Shown here piece after piece: positions 7,188-16,296 of a DNA stretch of 63,881 nt; position 1 is the first letter of the stretch, and the number at the start of each line of letters is the position of its first letter. Origin of the DNA: Candidatus Omnitrophota bacterium. GTDB taxonomy: Bacteria > Omnitrophota > Gorgyraeia > Gygaellales > Profunditerraquicolaceae. Below the pieces are notes generated by a model. That model did no database searches. It was given only the letters and a program-made list of their open reading frames with translations, and was not told the DNA's origin. The stretch is taken from NCBI GenBank assembly GCA_018812825.1, contig JAHJCJ010000052.1:1-63881 (forward strand), given 5' to 3'. A program made the position numbers and the translations under genes.

Positions 7188-9203
7188 ATGAAATGCCCAA
7201 ATTGCAAAGACAAAGAACTGTCTCCCGTTATGACCCAGCAGGGAGTAGAGGTTGACTTTTGCCCTCAATGTGAGGGCATCTGGTTAGATAAAAATGAGAT
7301 CTATCTTTTTACCCGCGTTCCCACCTACTTAAAAGCAAAAATCGACGCAGCAATCAAGTCCAAGAAAAACTCAATTCGCCTGTCGCCAATATTCTCCAGG
7401 CCAATGGCAGAGCTGCCTATTTTAGAAGGACAGATAAATATTGATTATTGTCCTGAGTCAGAAGGCTTCTGGCTGGATAAAGATGAAATTAATATGCTGC
7501 CGGCAATAAAAACAAAACTCCAAATAGATAAAGCTATGTTTGAGGATAATAAACCAAGTTTTGTTAAGACATTGCTTCCTTTGTCCAATCTTGCCCTGCG
7601 TTCCGCAATGGTATTGTTCGGATTGTATGCCCTGCTTAGCCTATTCTTGATTATATTCGTGGAATTGGGGAAGATCTCCGCTTCATCTGCTTTAATAGTC
7701 GGAATAGCAGTTGCTGCATTGCAGTTTATACTCGGCCCTTTATTAATGGATTTCTCCTTGAGGATGCTATACAAAATGAGCTGGTTAAATCCTGAAGATT
7801 TACCGCAGCACTTAAGGATCTTTATCAGTAAAATATGCCAGGATAAAGGAGTTAATTTTCCGCGCATGGGAATTATTTTAGACGGTTCACCGAATGCCTT
7901 CACTTATGGCCACCATCCGAATAACGCCCGGATTGTAATTACCCAGGGCCTGCTTGACCTTCTAAGCGAAGAAGAAACAGAAGCGGTCGTGGCTCATGAG
8001 ATGGGCCATGTCCTCCACTGGGATATGTTAATTATGACTTTAGCGCAGCTTGTGCCGTTGGTTCTTTATTATATCTATAGGACATTGATCAGGCTAAGAA
8101 TTAAGGGGAAGGATAAAACAGCTCCATTTCGCATATTAATAGCCGTTTCTGCCTATGTGTTATATACAATAAGTGAGTTTATTGTTCTGTGGTTTTCCAG
8201 ATTAAGAGAATATTTCGCGGATAGGTTTTCCGGCGAAGTTACCGGTAACCCCAATGCCTTGGCCTCTGCTTTAGTTAAGATCGGCTATGGATTGGCCGGA
8301 GATGATAGTGGTAAAGGATCAATTAAGTATAAAGAAAGACAAGATACATTAAATTCGCTGGGGCCTATGGGAATATTTGATTCCAAAACAGCGAATATTC
8401 TGGCGGTGAGTGGTTATTCAGGCCCGCGTAGTATGGGAGGAGAGGTTGATAAGGAGAAACTAAGAGGCGCGGCGAAATGGGATCTTTGGAATCCCTGGGC
8501 TGCATATTATGAATTACAGTCAACGCATCCATTGATCGCCAAAAGGCTAAGGTTCCTAAGTAACCAGTCCAGGGTATTAGGAAAAGATCCTTATGTAGAG
8601 TTTAATCAGCGCAGGCCGGAATCGTATTGGGATGATTTCCTGCTTGATTTGTCAATTAAGGCCTTCCCTTTTATTGCCTTTGTTGCGAGTATTACCTTGT
8701 TTATAGTAAAAAAGGAGGCGTTCTTTTTATGGTTCGGAGCATTTGTTTTTGGCTCTGCCTATTTAATACACACTCTATTTTCTTATCCTGACTCCGATTT
8801 TCCTGTATTGAATATTAAAAACCTGTTGAGTAAGATTAAAGTTTCCGCGATCCGGCCAGTACCTTGCCTGATAAGAGGCAAGATTATCGGAAGGGGAGTT
8901 CCCGGGCTTATTTTCTCAGAAGATTTTGTGATGCAGGATGAAACCGGGATTATTTTCCTGGATTACCGCCAGCCGCTGGGAATATTTAATTTTCTCTTTG
9001 GCCTCTTAAGGGCAGCTAGGTATATAAATGAAGAAGTAGAGGTTGTTGGTTGGTATAGGCGCGCGCCCGTGCCTTACATTGAAATCAAGAAATTAAAGAT
9101 CGCGCATAAAGAATCCACCTGTTTTGTTTATAATACTAAGCTTATCTTTTCTATAGCCCTCATTATTCTGGGATTTGCTAAGGTGCTATCAATAATTAGA
9201 TAA
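7188..9203 (+). CDS. M48-family (HtpX-like) zinc metallopeptidase with N-terminal zinc-ribbon modules and a long C-terminal membrane extension
   Basis: CPNCKD...CPQCEGIWLDKNE zinc ribbon plus a degenerate second copy, then multiple TM helices and HEMGH. ATG 7188 is preferred over TTG 7155 because GGAG lies 8 nt upstream. Confidence 0.8.
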   Translation: MKCPNCKDKELSPVMTQQGVEVDFCPQCEGIWLDKNEIYLFTRVPTYLKAKIDAAIKSKKNSIRLSPIFSRPMAELPILEGQINIDYCPESEGFWLDKDEINMLPAIKTKLQIDKAMFEDNKPSFVKTLLPLSNLALRSAMVLFGLYALLSLFLIIFVELGKISASSALIVGIAVAALQFILGPLLMDFSLRMLYKMSWLNPEDLPQHLRIFISKICQDKGVNFPRMGIILDGSPNAFTYGHHPNNARIVITQGLLDLLSEEETEAVVAHEMGHVLHWDMLIMTLAQLVPLVLYYIYRTLIRLRIKGKDKTAPFRILIAVSAYVLYTISEFIVLWFSRLREYFADRFSGEVTGNPNALASALVKIGYGLAGDDSGKGSIKYKERQDTLNSLGPMGIFDSKTANILAVSGYSGPRSMGGEVDKEKLRGAAKWDLWNPWAAYYELQSTHPLIAKRLRFLSNQSRVLGKDPYVEFNQRRPESYWDDFLLDLSIKAFPFIAFVASITLFIVKKEAFFLWFGAFVFGSAYLIHTLFSYPDSDFPVLNIKNLLSKIKVSAIRPVPCLIRGKIIGRGVPGLIFSEDFVMQDETGIIFLDYRQPLGIFNFLFGLLRAARYINEEVEVVGWYRRAPVPYIEIKKLKIAHKESTCFVYNTKLIFSIALIILGFAKVLSIIR

Positions 9204-9221
9204 ATATCAGATTTATTATCT

Positions 9222-10214
9222 ATGCTTAAAATCAGTAACTTAAAACTAAAATCAAATTTAATCCTGGCGCCGATGGCCGGGATTACTGATCTGCCATTTC
9301 GCATGCTCTGCCGTAAATTTGGCGCGGAGCTGGCTTTTGTAGAGATGATTAATTGCCGCTCAATCTCGCACAAGAGCAGAAAGACCCGTCATATGCTTTC
9401 TACTTTGGCCGAGGATAAACCTCTTGGTGTCCAGATATTAGGATGCGAGGAGAAGTATATTTTAAAGGCTTTGGATGTCTTGAGAACTTACGAATTTGAT
9501 ATTATGGATTTTAACGCCGCATGTCCGGCAAAAAAAGTAGTTCGTAGAGGCGAAGGGGCAGCCCTGCTAAAAGAGCCTAAGAAACTTAATAAATTACTTA
9601 AGTTAGTGGTAAGGAATTCTAAAATCCCGGTAACCGTAAAGATGCGCCTGGGCTGGGATAAAGATAGTATTAATGCTAGGGAAGTAGCGCTTTATGCTCA
9701 GGATGCCGGAGTCAGCGGCGTATTTATCCATGGAAGGACCAAGATTCAGGAATATGGCGGCAACGTGGATTATGAATTAATCGCAAAGGTAAAGAAGGCA
9801 TTAAGTATCCCGGTTATTGCCAGCGGTGATGTATTCTCAGCCAAGTTAGCCAAAAAGATGCTTAGCGAAACAAATTGCGATGCATTGGTTATTGCCCGCG
9901 GTTCATTCGGAAATCCGTGGATATTTAAAGAAATCAAGGAATTCTTAAAAACCGGTAAGGTTATCGCAAGGCCCGCAAGAGCCAAGGTAATCAAAATAAT
10001 GCTAGAGCATTTAGACGCTTCAATAGCTTTTTATGAAGAAAGAAATGGAGTAATTTTATTTCGCAAATTCTTTGGTTGGTATACTAAGGGGATACGTAAT
10101 ATTCGTCCTTTAAGGGAGAAGTCATCTCGTGCGAAGACGAGAGAAGAGATGGTGGGGCTTATTGAGTTATTGCGAGGTAATCTTAATAAATGGATAAGAA
10201 ACAACCAACAATAA
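9222..10214 (+). CDS. dusB: tRNA-dihydrouridine synthase
   Basis: LILAPMAGITDLPFR plus Dus TIM-barrel colinearity. 330 aa. Confidence 0.9.
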   Translation: MLKISNLKLKSNLILAPMAGITDLPFRMLCRKFGAELAFVEMINCRSISHKSRKTRHMLSTLAEDKPLGVQILGCEEKYILKALDVLRTYEFDIMDFNAACPAKKVVRRGEGAALLKEPKKLNKLLKLVVRNSKIPVTVKMRLGWDKDSINAREVALYAQDAGVSGVFIHGRTKIQEYGGNVDYELIAKVKKALSIPVIASGDVFSAKLAKKMLSETNCDALVIARGSFGNPWIFKEIKEFLKTGKVIARPARAKVIKIMLEHLDASIAFYEERNGVILFRKFFGWYTKGIRNIRPLREKSSRAKTREEMVGLIELLRGNLNKWIRNNQQ

Positions 10215-10624
10215 CTTTAGTAATCTTACTTCATTTTTCTATTTTTGCTCATGCCGGAATTATCTATTCAAATTCAAAGGTTCACCATAAAGAAAAACCC
10301 GGTGAATTTGCATCTCTAAGCGGGGTATTTAATTTCAAACTTGGTATCACTACTGATGGAGAGTTTACTACCCAAAGATTATTTTCCAGTAAAACGATCC
10401 TTAAAAATGTAAATTCTGGAGAGTTTAGGAGTCCCACCGGTATTTTTAACCAGGGCAGTAATGAATTCATGAGTTCAGGCTCAATCTTTGAGGCACCTAA
10501 AAATGAATTTAGCGCAGATAGATTAATTTCAAGTGTAGAACAGCTAAGGTCTGGAAAAAAGTCATTCAAGTCTTCGGATCAAGGTGAGTTTAAGTTTTCT
10601 TTGCCTAGAGAAAAGGACAGATAA
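10190..10624 (+). CDS. Secreted repeat protein (six short G-E-F...F repeats)
   Basis: N-terminal signal-like helix. Repeats are GEFASLSGVF, GEFTTQRLF, GEFRSPTGIF, NEFMSSGSIF, NEFSADRLI and GEFKFSL. Confidence 0.5.
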   Translation: MDKKQPTITLVILLHFSIFAHAGIIYSNSKVHHKEKPGEFASLSGVFNFKLGITTDGEFTTQRLFSSKTILKNVNSGEFRSPTGIFNQGSNEFMSSGSIFEAPKNEFSADRLISSVEQLRSGKKSFKSSDQGEFKFSLPREKDR

Positions 10625-10694
10625 AATAGATAAGACGTTTTATGTGATATCTGGCGAAGTGTAAAACTACAATCAATTATTAAGAAAGGCAGGC

Positions 10695-10823
10695 GTGGAG
10701 ATAGTTAGGAATCGGAAGCTTTCTGATGCGACAAAGGCAGAACTTGAGAAGCCGCTTATCCCGTATGATGCATGTATAGAAGAGGTGAATAAAAGTTGGG
10801 ATGATGATTTGGAGAAACTGTAG
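10695..10823 (+). CDS. Possible 42-aa small ORF or gene remnant
   Basis: The frame is open from 10665 with no ATG. A GTG at 10695 follows GAAAGG. The stop TAG is part of repeat copy 2. Confidence 0.2.
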   Translation: MEIVRNRKLSDATKAELEKPLIPYDACIEEVNKSWDDDLEKL

Positions 10824-10850
10824 ACAGTCTATATAACTCGCTGTAAATAA
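10820..10850 (+). promoter_or_regulatory. 31-nt promoter-like repeat, copy 2
   Basis: GTAGACAGTCTATATAACTCGCTGTAAATAA. Fits TAGACA-N17-TAAATA. Confidence 0.45.
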
Positions 10851-10979
10851 TACCGAATTAAATATACATAAGTGCTTAATCAGCGATATAATGCCGGTAA
10901 GCGGCCAAGATTGCGGTTTTTGTAAGTATGTCGAAGGAAGAAAAAGTGTTGAGTAGGGTAAAATAAAGGAGGGCTTCAG

Positions 10980-11324
10980 ATGACGCAATTCTTAGTAAGA
11001 TGGGGAATCAGCTCGCTTTCACTTTTTATTGTCGCGCACATTGTAAGGGGCATAGAGGTTTCAAGCACTGCCACTGTCCTGGCGATTGCCTTGGTGCTGG
11101 GGATCATCAACGCCTTCTTGAGGCCTTTGATTATCCTGATCACATTACCGATCAATATCGTTACCTTAGGGGTATTTACCCTTTTTATCAACGGAGCGCT
11201 TTTTCTTCTTGCCTCCAAGATTGTCAAGGGCTTCGTGATTACGGGTTTTTGGCCGGCTTTCTGGGGTTATATTCTTTTTAGCTTCATTAGTTTTCTGCTA
11301 AGCCTTTTAGTAATTTCTGCTTAG
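10980..11324 (+). CDS. Four-TM membrane protein of the phage-holin superfamily IV (YvlD/DUF360-like)
   Basis: 114 aa, four hydrophobic helices, pattern GIINAFLRPLI...LPINIVTLG. Strong SD AAGGAGGG. Confidence 0.7.
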   Translation: MTQFLVRWGISSLSLFIVAHIVRGIEVSSTATVLAIALVLGIINAFLRPLIILITLPINIVTLGVFTLFINGALFLLASKIVKGFVITGFWPAFWGYILFSFISFLLSLLVISA

Positions 11325-11372
11325 AAACATTTATGGGCAGATCAATACTTAATTTGGAGAGTTTAGAAAAAG

Positions 11373-11891
11373 TTGCCTTTGAATATAAGCGCGATTAAAA
11401 TATTGCGTAGCAAAAAGAGAAGGCGCAGCGTAAGCGCGCGGTTGGTAAAGTATATTCTCGTTGTCAGGGCTCCGGAAAACATGCCTGAAGTCCGTTTGCA
11501 GGAAGTTATTGCCGGGCTTAAAGCGAGGATAGAGCGAAAACACCTAAAAGAAGAATTGAATAAAAGTGAAAATCTTACCTCTAGGGCAGAAGAATTTAAT
11601 AGGCGGTATTTTGAAAATAAGCTTAAGGTTAATTCCATTAAATACGTCACTGGCCAGGAATCCAAGTTCGGCTGCTGTAATTTTCGCACCGGCTCTATCC
11701 GTATATCCCACCGCATAAGTAGTATGCCGCAGTGGGTAAGAGATTATGTTATTATCCACGAGCTGGCGCATTTAGTAACCCCTGATCATAGCCAGGTATT
11801 CTGGGGTATTGTAAACCGTTATAAGCTAGCGGAGAGAGCAAAAGGGTATCTTATCGCTGTAGGCAGCTTTGGGGATTTGGCTGAAGCATAG
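11373..11891 (+). CDS. YgjP-like (DUF45) zinc metallopeptidase
   Basis: HELAHL...H..FW motif near the C-terminus. TTG start. Confidence 0.7.
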   Translation: MPLNISAIKILRSKKRRRSVSARLVKYILVVRAPENMPEVRLQEVIAGLKARIERKHLKEELNKSENLTSRAEEFNRRYFENKLKVNSIKYVTGQESKFGCCNFRTGSIRISHRISSMPQWVRDYVIIHELAHLVTPDHSQVFWGIVNRYKLAERAKGYLIAVGSFGDLAEA

Positions 11892-11958
11892 TTGAGATAG
11901 GGAATAAAGGGGATAGTTCAATTTATCCGTATAAAGGCAGGTCCTGTCCTAAACATAA

Positions 11959-12720
11959 ATGAATAACAATTCCGAAGCTATTGCCAAAACCGTCAAGTTA
12001 TTAAGAAACTGCAAGAGTGTTTTGTTTATTACGGGGGCCGGGCTTTCCGCGGATTCTGGTTTACCAACATATCGGGGTATCGGCGGGCTGTATAATGATA
12101 AGTTGACCGAAGATGGTATCTCTGTAGAAAAGGCCTTGGCAGGAGAAACCTTGTGTAGGCAGCCGGCAGTAACCTGGAAATACCTTTCACAGATAGAGAG
12201 GAATTGCCGCAATGCCAAATTTAACCGTGGCCATGAAGTAATTGCGGAAATGGAAAAGCACCTTGATCGGGTCTGGGTGTTGACACAGAACATTGATGGA
12301 TTCCATCGCGCCGCCGGCTCGCACAATATAATTGATATCCATGGTGATATACATAAATTAGCCTGCAGGAGATGCGGGTGGCAAGGCGTAGTCAAAGATT
12401 ATAGCGGGATAGAGATACCACCAAAATGCTCAAATTGTACGGGCATAGTCAGGCCGGAGGTGGTTTTTTTCGGAGAAATGTTGCCGGAAGATAAGCTAAA
12501 TGTGCTTGACAGTGAGCTGGCGCGGGGATTTGATATTTATTTTTCAATCGGCACGAGCAGCGTTTTTCCGTATATAAAGCAGCCGATGGTAGCGGCAAAT
12601 CATCTTGGCCGGCCTACGGTTGAAATCAACCTTGAAGATACTGAGGTTTCTGATTTAGTGGATATTAAGCTGCGTATGCGTGCGGCTGATGCGTTGGATG
12701 CGATATGGAAAGAGTATTGA
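11959..12720 (+). CDS. cobB: NAD-dependent protein deacylase (sirtuin)
   Basis: GAGLSADSGLPTYRG, QNIDGFH, a catalytic HG, and a CRRC...CSNC zinc module. Confidence 0.88.
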   Translation: MNNNSEAIAKTVKLLRNCKSVLFITGAGLSADSGLPTYRGIGGLYNDKLTEDGISVEKALAGETLCRQPAVTWKYLSQIERNCRNAKFNRGHEVIAEMEKHLDRVWVLTQNIDGFHRAAGSHNIIDIHGDIHKLACRRCGWQGVVKDYSGIEIPPKCSNCTGIVRPEVVFFGEMLPEDKLNVLDSELARGFDIYFSIGTSSVFPYIKQPMVAANHLGRPTVEINLEDTEVSDLVDIKLRMRAADALDAIWKEY

Positions 12721-12772
12721 AGAGGATGATAGATGGCAAAGCATAAAGCCCAGCATAAAGCCGCAAGTCTCC

Positions 12773-12800
12773 TTGACATTCAATGAAAAGGCGCTATTAT
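12773..12800 (+). promoter_or_regulatory. Candidate promoter of a short leader or sRNA
   Basis: TTGACA (12773-12778), 16-nt spacer, TATTAT (12795-12800). Confidence 0.45.
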
Positions 12801-12859
12801 ATAAGAAATAGGTATCGTCCCGCGTTTGAAGGGGGAAGTCCCGGACGTTAAAAAAGTAA

Positions 12860-12899
12860 AACCTTCGCTACAGGCAAGTATGCCGAGCGAAGGTTTTTT
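12860..12899 (+). terminator. Rho-independent terminator
   Basis: AACCTTCGCT / AGCGAAGGTT stem with an inner GGCA/TGCC stem, followed by TTTTTT. Confidence 0.75.
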
Positions 12900-12936
12900 G
12901 TTTGTCAGGGGTAGTTAGGGTATTGAGGGAAAACAA

Positions 12937-14862
12937 ATGAAGAAATTGATCGCACTTATAGGAATAATCAGTCTTTGTCTTGGATTAGCTTTTGCCGAAG
13001 AGAAGATACAAAGCTTTGAAGAAAAACACCAGGACAAGGATTTTATATTTCTTGAAGATAGGGAAACGATCAAGGTCAATGAAGATTGGTCATATAGGAA
13101 AGAAGAATATAGGAAGCTAGAAATCCTTAAAGAAGAAGCCCGTTCTATGGGGGAAATACCGATTTGGTATGACAAGGAGAAGGATAGAATAATAGAATTT
13201 TCTGCTTATACAACAACCCCTGATGGCAAGAAGCACAAATACACAAAGACTAATGATGTCAGTTTGTATGAGTCTTATCCTATTTATTCGAATGCCATGG
13301 TTAAGATGGTTACGATGCCCGAGGTTAATGTTGGATCAGTCATTGAATATAAAGTCGTAATTGAATCCAAGGGATCACAAATTAAGAATGCCTTCTGGAA
13401 AGTAATTTATTTCACACCGAATAATCCTACTAAGCTTTTTAAAACAGCCATTATCCTGCCAAAGAAACTAAATATCAAATATAAAGAATTTAATCTTACT
13501 TATAAGCCAAAGATCACCCAAAATCATGCTACCATAACATATTCTTGGGAGATACCAGATGTTTACGATGAGCGCAAAGATGAAGATTATGTCCCCCCGC
13601 CGCAGTTAAAAGACATCCCAGAAGTGGTTGAGTTTTCGTCTATTAAGAGCTGGAAAGATATGTCTAATTGGTACTATGATTTAGTGCAAAAGAACATAAA
13701 GATTACTCCAGACATAAAAGCTGCGGCACAAAAGGCTATTACAGGAAAGCTTATTCTCAAAGATAAGGTGAGGGCCATTTTAGAGTATATCCAGGATAAT
13801 TTTCGGTATGTTTCCATGTCTCTAGGTGAATATTCATTTAAGCCTCATTCAACGGATCAGGTTTTTAAAAATAAATATGGCGATTGCAAAGATCTTGCTC
13901 TACTTTGTGTAGCTATGTTTAAAGTCGCAGGAACTGAATCAAATGTAGCTTTATTCATGGATGAGTTTTCTATCACCGATCCCCAATACGATCTACCTAT
14001 CCCCACATTATTTAATCATGTGGTTGTGAGGATTAAAGATGAAGCGGGTAAGAATTTCTATGTAGATCCTCAGCTTAAAGGGTACGATATTGGAGAATAT
14101 CCTTTTCCCTATCAGAATGCCTATACTTTTATTATTACGCAAGATGGCGGGGAGTTTGGAAGGTTACCGATATTTGCCGAAGGGAGGGGCTATACCAGAA
14201 AAGATGAAAATATTGTAATTAATGCTGATGGTTCAGCTTTGACTGAAATAACATCTCTTTGGCCACTGAGTACTTCTATTGATTTAAGAGAAAAGATAAA
14301 AAGTCTCAACAATACACAGAAAGAAGACTTTTTTAAGGATTTGAATGCGATGCTAGCTGATGGCGGAGAGGTTTTAGAACGTCGATGGGGTAATTTCGAT
14401 AATCGATACGGGCGGATAAAAAGCTATGTCAAAATAAAGCAACGGGCTGCATATATTGTCAGTGATGGAATGATAATTATTGATGTATCCGGATACCGAA
14501 GAAACATTGAGCTTACAAAAGAGAAGCGAGAAAACCCGATTTTTTTCCCTGTTAATGATTGCGATGAAGAGACAGCAATTTATCAGATCCCCAAAGGATT
14601 CCGGGCTCTTTCGATACCAAGCAATATAGATAAAGATATTGGTTTTCTTAGTTTGAAAAGAGAATACAAGCGGGATAAGGACAAGGTAATAATTCGAGAA
14701 GTAGTCAAGCATAAACGTATTGAGACTCCTAAAGAACAATATCCAAAAGTTAAGGAGTTTTTCGATAAATTGTCAAGCCAGACACAGCAGCGCATTGTTT
14801 TGAAGAAGTCGAAATCCTGGCAGCAGAAACTCAAAGAGATTTGGGATATAATAAGGCAATAG
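12937..14862 (+). CDS. Secreted DUF3857-type N-domain plus transglutaminase-like cysteine protease domain protein
   Basis: Signal peptide ending AFA-EE. YGDCKDLALL transglutaminase-core Cys motif. 641 aa. Confidence 0.75.
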   Translation: MKKLIALIGIISLCLGLAFAEEKIQSFEEKHQDKDFIFLEDRETIKVNEDWSYRKEEYRKLEILKEEARSMGEIPIWYDKEKDRIIEFSAYTTTPDGKKHKYTKTNDVSLYESYPIYSNAMVKMVTMPEVNVGSVIEYKVVIESKGSQIKNAFWKVIYFTPNNPTKLFKTAIILPKKLNIKYKEFNLTYKPKITQNHATITYSWEIPDVYDERKDEDYVPPPQLKDIPEVVEFSSIKSWKDMSNWYYDLVQKNIKITPDIKAAAQKAITGKLILKDKVRAILEYIQDNFRYVSMSLGEYSFKPHSTDQVFKNKYGDCKDLALLCVAMFKVAGTESNVALFMDEFSITDPQYDLPIPTLFNHVVVRIKDEAGKNFYVDPQLKGYDIGEYPFPYQNAYTFIITQDGGEFGRLPIFAEGRGYTRKDENIVINADGSALTEITSLWPLSTSIDLREKIKSLNNTQKEDFFKDLNAMLADGGEVLERRWGNFDNRYGRIKSYVKIKQRAAYIVSDGMIIIDVSGYRRNIELTKEKRENPIFFPVNDCDEETAIYQIPKGFRALSIPSNIDKDIGFLSLKREYKRDKDKVIIREVVKHKRIETPKEQYPKVKEFFDKLSSQTQQRIVLKKSKSWQQKLKEIWDIIRQ

Positions 14863-14907
14863 TTTTGATATATTGATCTGCCTCTTTTCCTATTAAATAT
14901 ATAAAGA

Positions 14908-14936
14908 TAGACAATTAGATTTGTTTTCTGTATACT
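14908..14936 (+). promoter_or_regulatory. Promoter with its -10 element 10 nt from the ATG
   Basis: TAGACA, 17-nt spacer, TATACT. No SD before the ATG at 14947. Confidence 0.45.
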
Positions 14937-14946
14937 TTACCTAATT

Positions 14947-16296
14947 ATGCATGAAATCAGGATTTTAACCCCTAATGGTTCAATTGGAAGCGGTTTCCCT
15001 GAAGTATTGTTTGAAGAGGGCATGAAGCGCAATCCCCACGCTATTGCAGTTGATGCGGGCTCAACTGATCCTGGCCCGTATTTTCTTGGCAAGGGACGGT
15101 CAATTTCCAATAAAATGATGATAAAAAGGGATCTTGAGATATTGTTACTAGCGCGGGATAAAAATAATATCCCTTTATTAGTGGGTTCGGCCTGTGGCCC
15201 CGGTACTAAATCTACTCTGGAGTGGACCATTAATATTGTAAAAGAAATTGCCAAAGAGAAAAATCTCCATTTTAAATTAGCTACTATTACCGGGGATATC
15301 GCTAAAGATTTTTTAAAAAATGCGGTTAAACAAGGTAAGGTGCGCACTTTTGAGTCCGGTAAAGCTTTAACTGTAGAAGAAGTGGATAGAGCCACTAATA
15401 TTGTAGCCCAAATGGGAGTTGAGCCTTTTATCGAAGCGCTAAAATTAAAGCCGGATGTAATTATTGCCGGACGAGCTTATGATCCAGCTATGATGGCGGC
15501 ACTTCCCATTATGGATGGTTTTGATGAGGCTTTGGCTGAGCATATGGGAAAAATACTTGAATGTGGTTCTATGGCGGCAGAGCCTTCTTCCGGCTTTGAG
15601 CCGATTTTAGGCACAATTAGAAAAGGATATTTCTTAGTAGAGCCGATGAACCCCAGAAGCAAATGTACTCCTAAATCCGTAGCGGACCATTCTCTTTATG
15701 AAGAATGTAATCCTATTAAAGCCGGGCTTCCCGGAGGGGCGCTGGATTTAAGCCAGACGGTATTCGAACAAACCGGCCGTATGACCAAGGTGAGTGGGAC
15801 TAAATTTATTAAAGATACATATACAGTAAAGGTTGAAGGCGCGGCTAAGGTAGGGTATCGAACGGTTTTTATTGCCGGGGTTAGGGACCCAATTATGATT
15901 AGCCAGATAGATTATTTAATTGATGGAGTGATGAAAAACACTAAGGATTTTTTCCATGACGTGGCTGATGACTTTCAGATTTTGTTCCATGTCTATGGTA
16001 AAAATGGAGTTTTGGGAAAAGTCGAATACATAAAAGATACCCGGCCTTTTGAACTGGGGTTTGTTGGTGAGGTGGTGGCTAAAACACAAGAGCTGGCTAG
16101 CACAATTTGCGGATACCTTTCGCATTTAAGTATGCATTTTGATTATCCGGGATGCAAGGCAACCGCCGGAAACTTAGCCATGCTTTATTCGCCGGAAAAT
16201 ATTGACGTGGGAGAAGTTTTTGAGTTTAATATCTATCATTTGGTAGAAGTTGACAGCCCGACCGCGTTATTTCCCATAAGTCTTGAGGAGATATAA
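14947..16296 (+). CDS. AtuA-like (DUF1446) family protein
   Basis: 449 aa. N-terminal pattern ...GSIGSGF...AIAVDAGSTDPGPYFLG, paired with a DUF4387-like partner immediately downstream. Confidence 0.7.
   Translation: MHEIRILTPNGSIGSGFPEVLFEEGMKRNPHAIAVDAGSTDPGPYFLGKGRSISNKMMIKRDLEILLLARDKNNIPLLVGSACGPGTKSTLEWTINIVKEIAKEKNLHFKLATITGDIAKDFLKNAVKQGKVRTFESGKALTVEEVDRATNIVAQMGVEPFIEALKLKPDVIIAGRAYDPAMMAALPIMDGFDEALAEHMGKILECGSMAAEPSSGFEPILGTIRKGYFLVEPMNPRSKCTPKSVADHSLYEECNPIKAGLPGGALDLSQTVFEQTGRMTKVSGTKFIKDTYTVKVEGAAKVGYRTVFIAGVRDPIMISQIDYLIDGVMKNTKDFFHDVADDFQILFHVYGKNGVLGKVEYIKDTRPFELGFVGEVVAKTQELASTICGYLSHLSMHFDYPGCKATAGNLAMLYSPENIDVGEVFEFNIYHLVEVDSPTALFPISLEEI

Noticed and set aside
10980-11324. 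Holin-family gene as a sign of a prophage.
   Set aside because: The YvlD/DUF360-type four-TM protein is widespread in chromosomes. No endolysin, capsid, tail, terminase or integrase gene lies nearby.
11959-12720. SIR2-domain protein as a defence-system effector (Thoeris, DSR or SIR2-HerA type).
   Set aside because: It carries the full canonical deacylase signature (GAGLSADSGLPTYRG, QNIDGFH, catalytic His, CxxC...CxxC zinc module). It has the usual CobB size, and no partner defence genes lie nearby.
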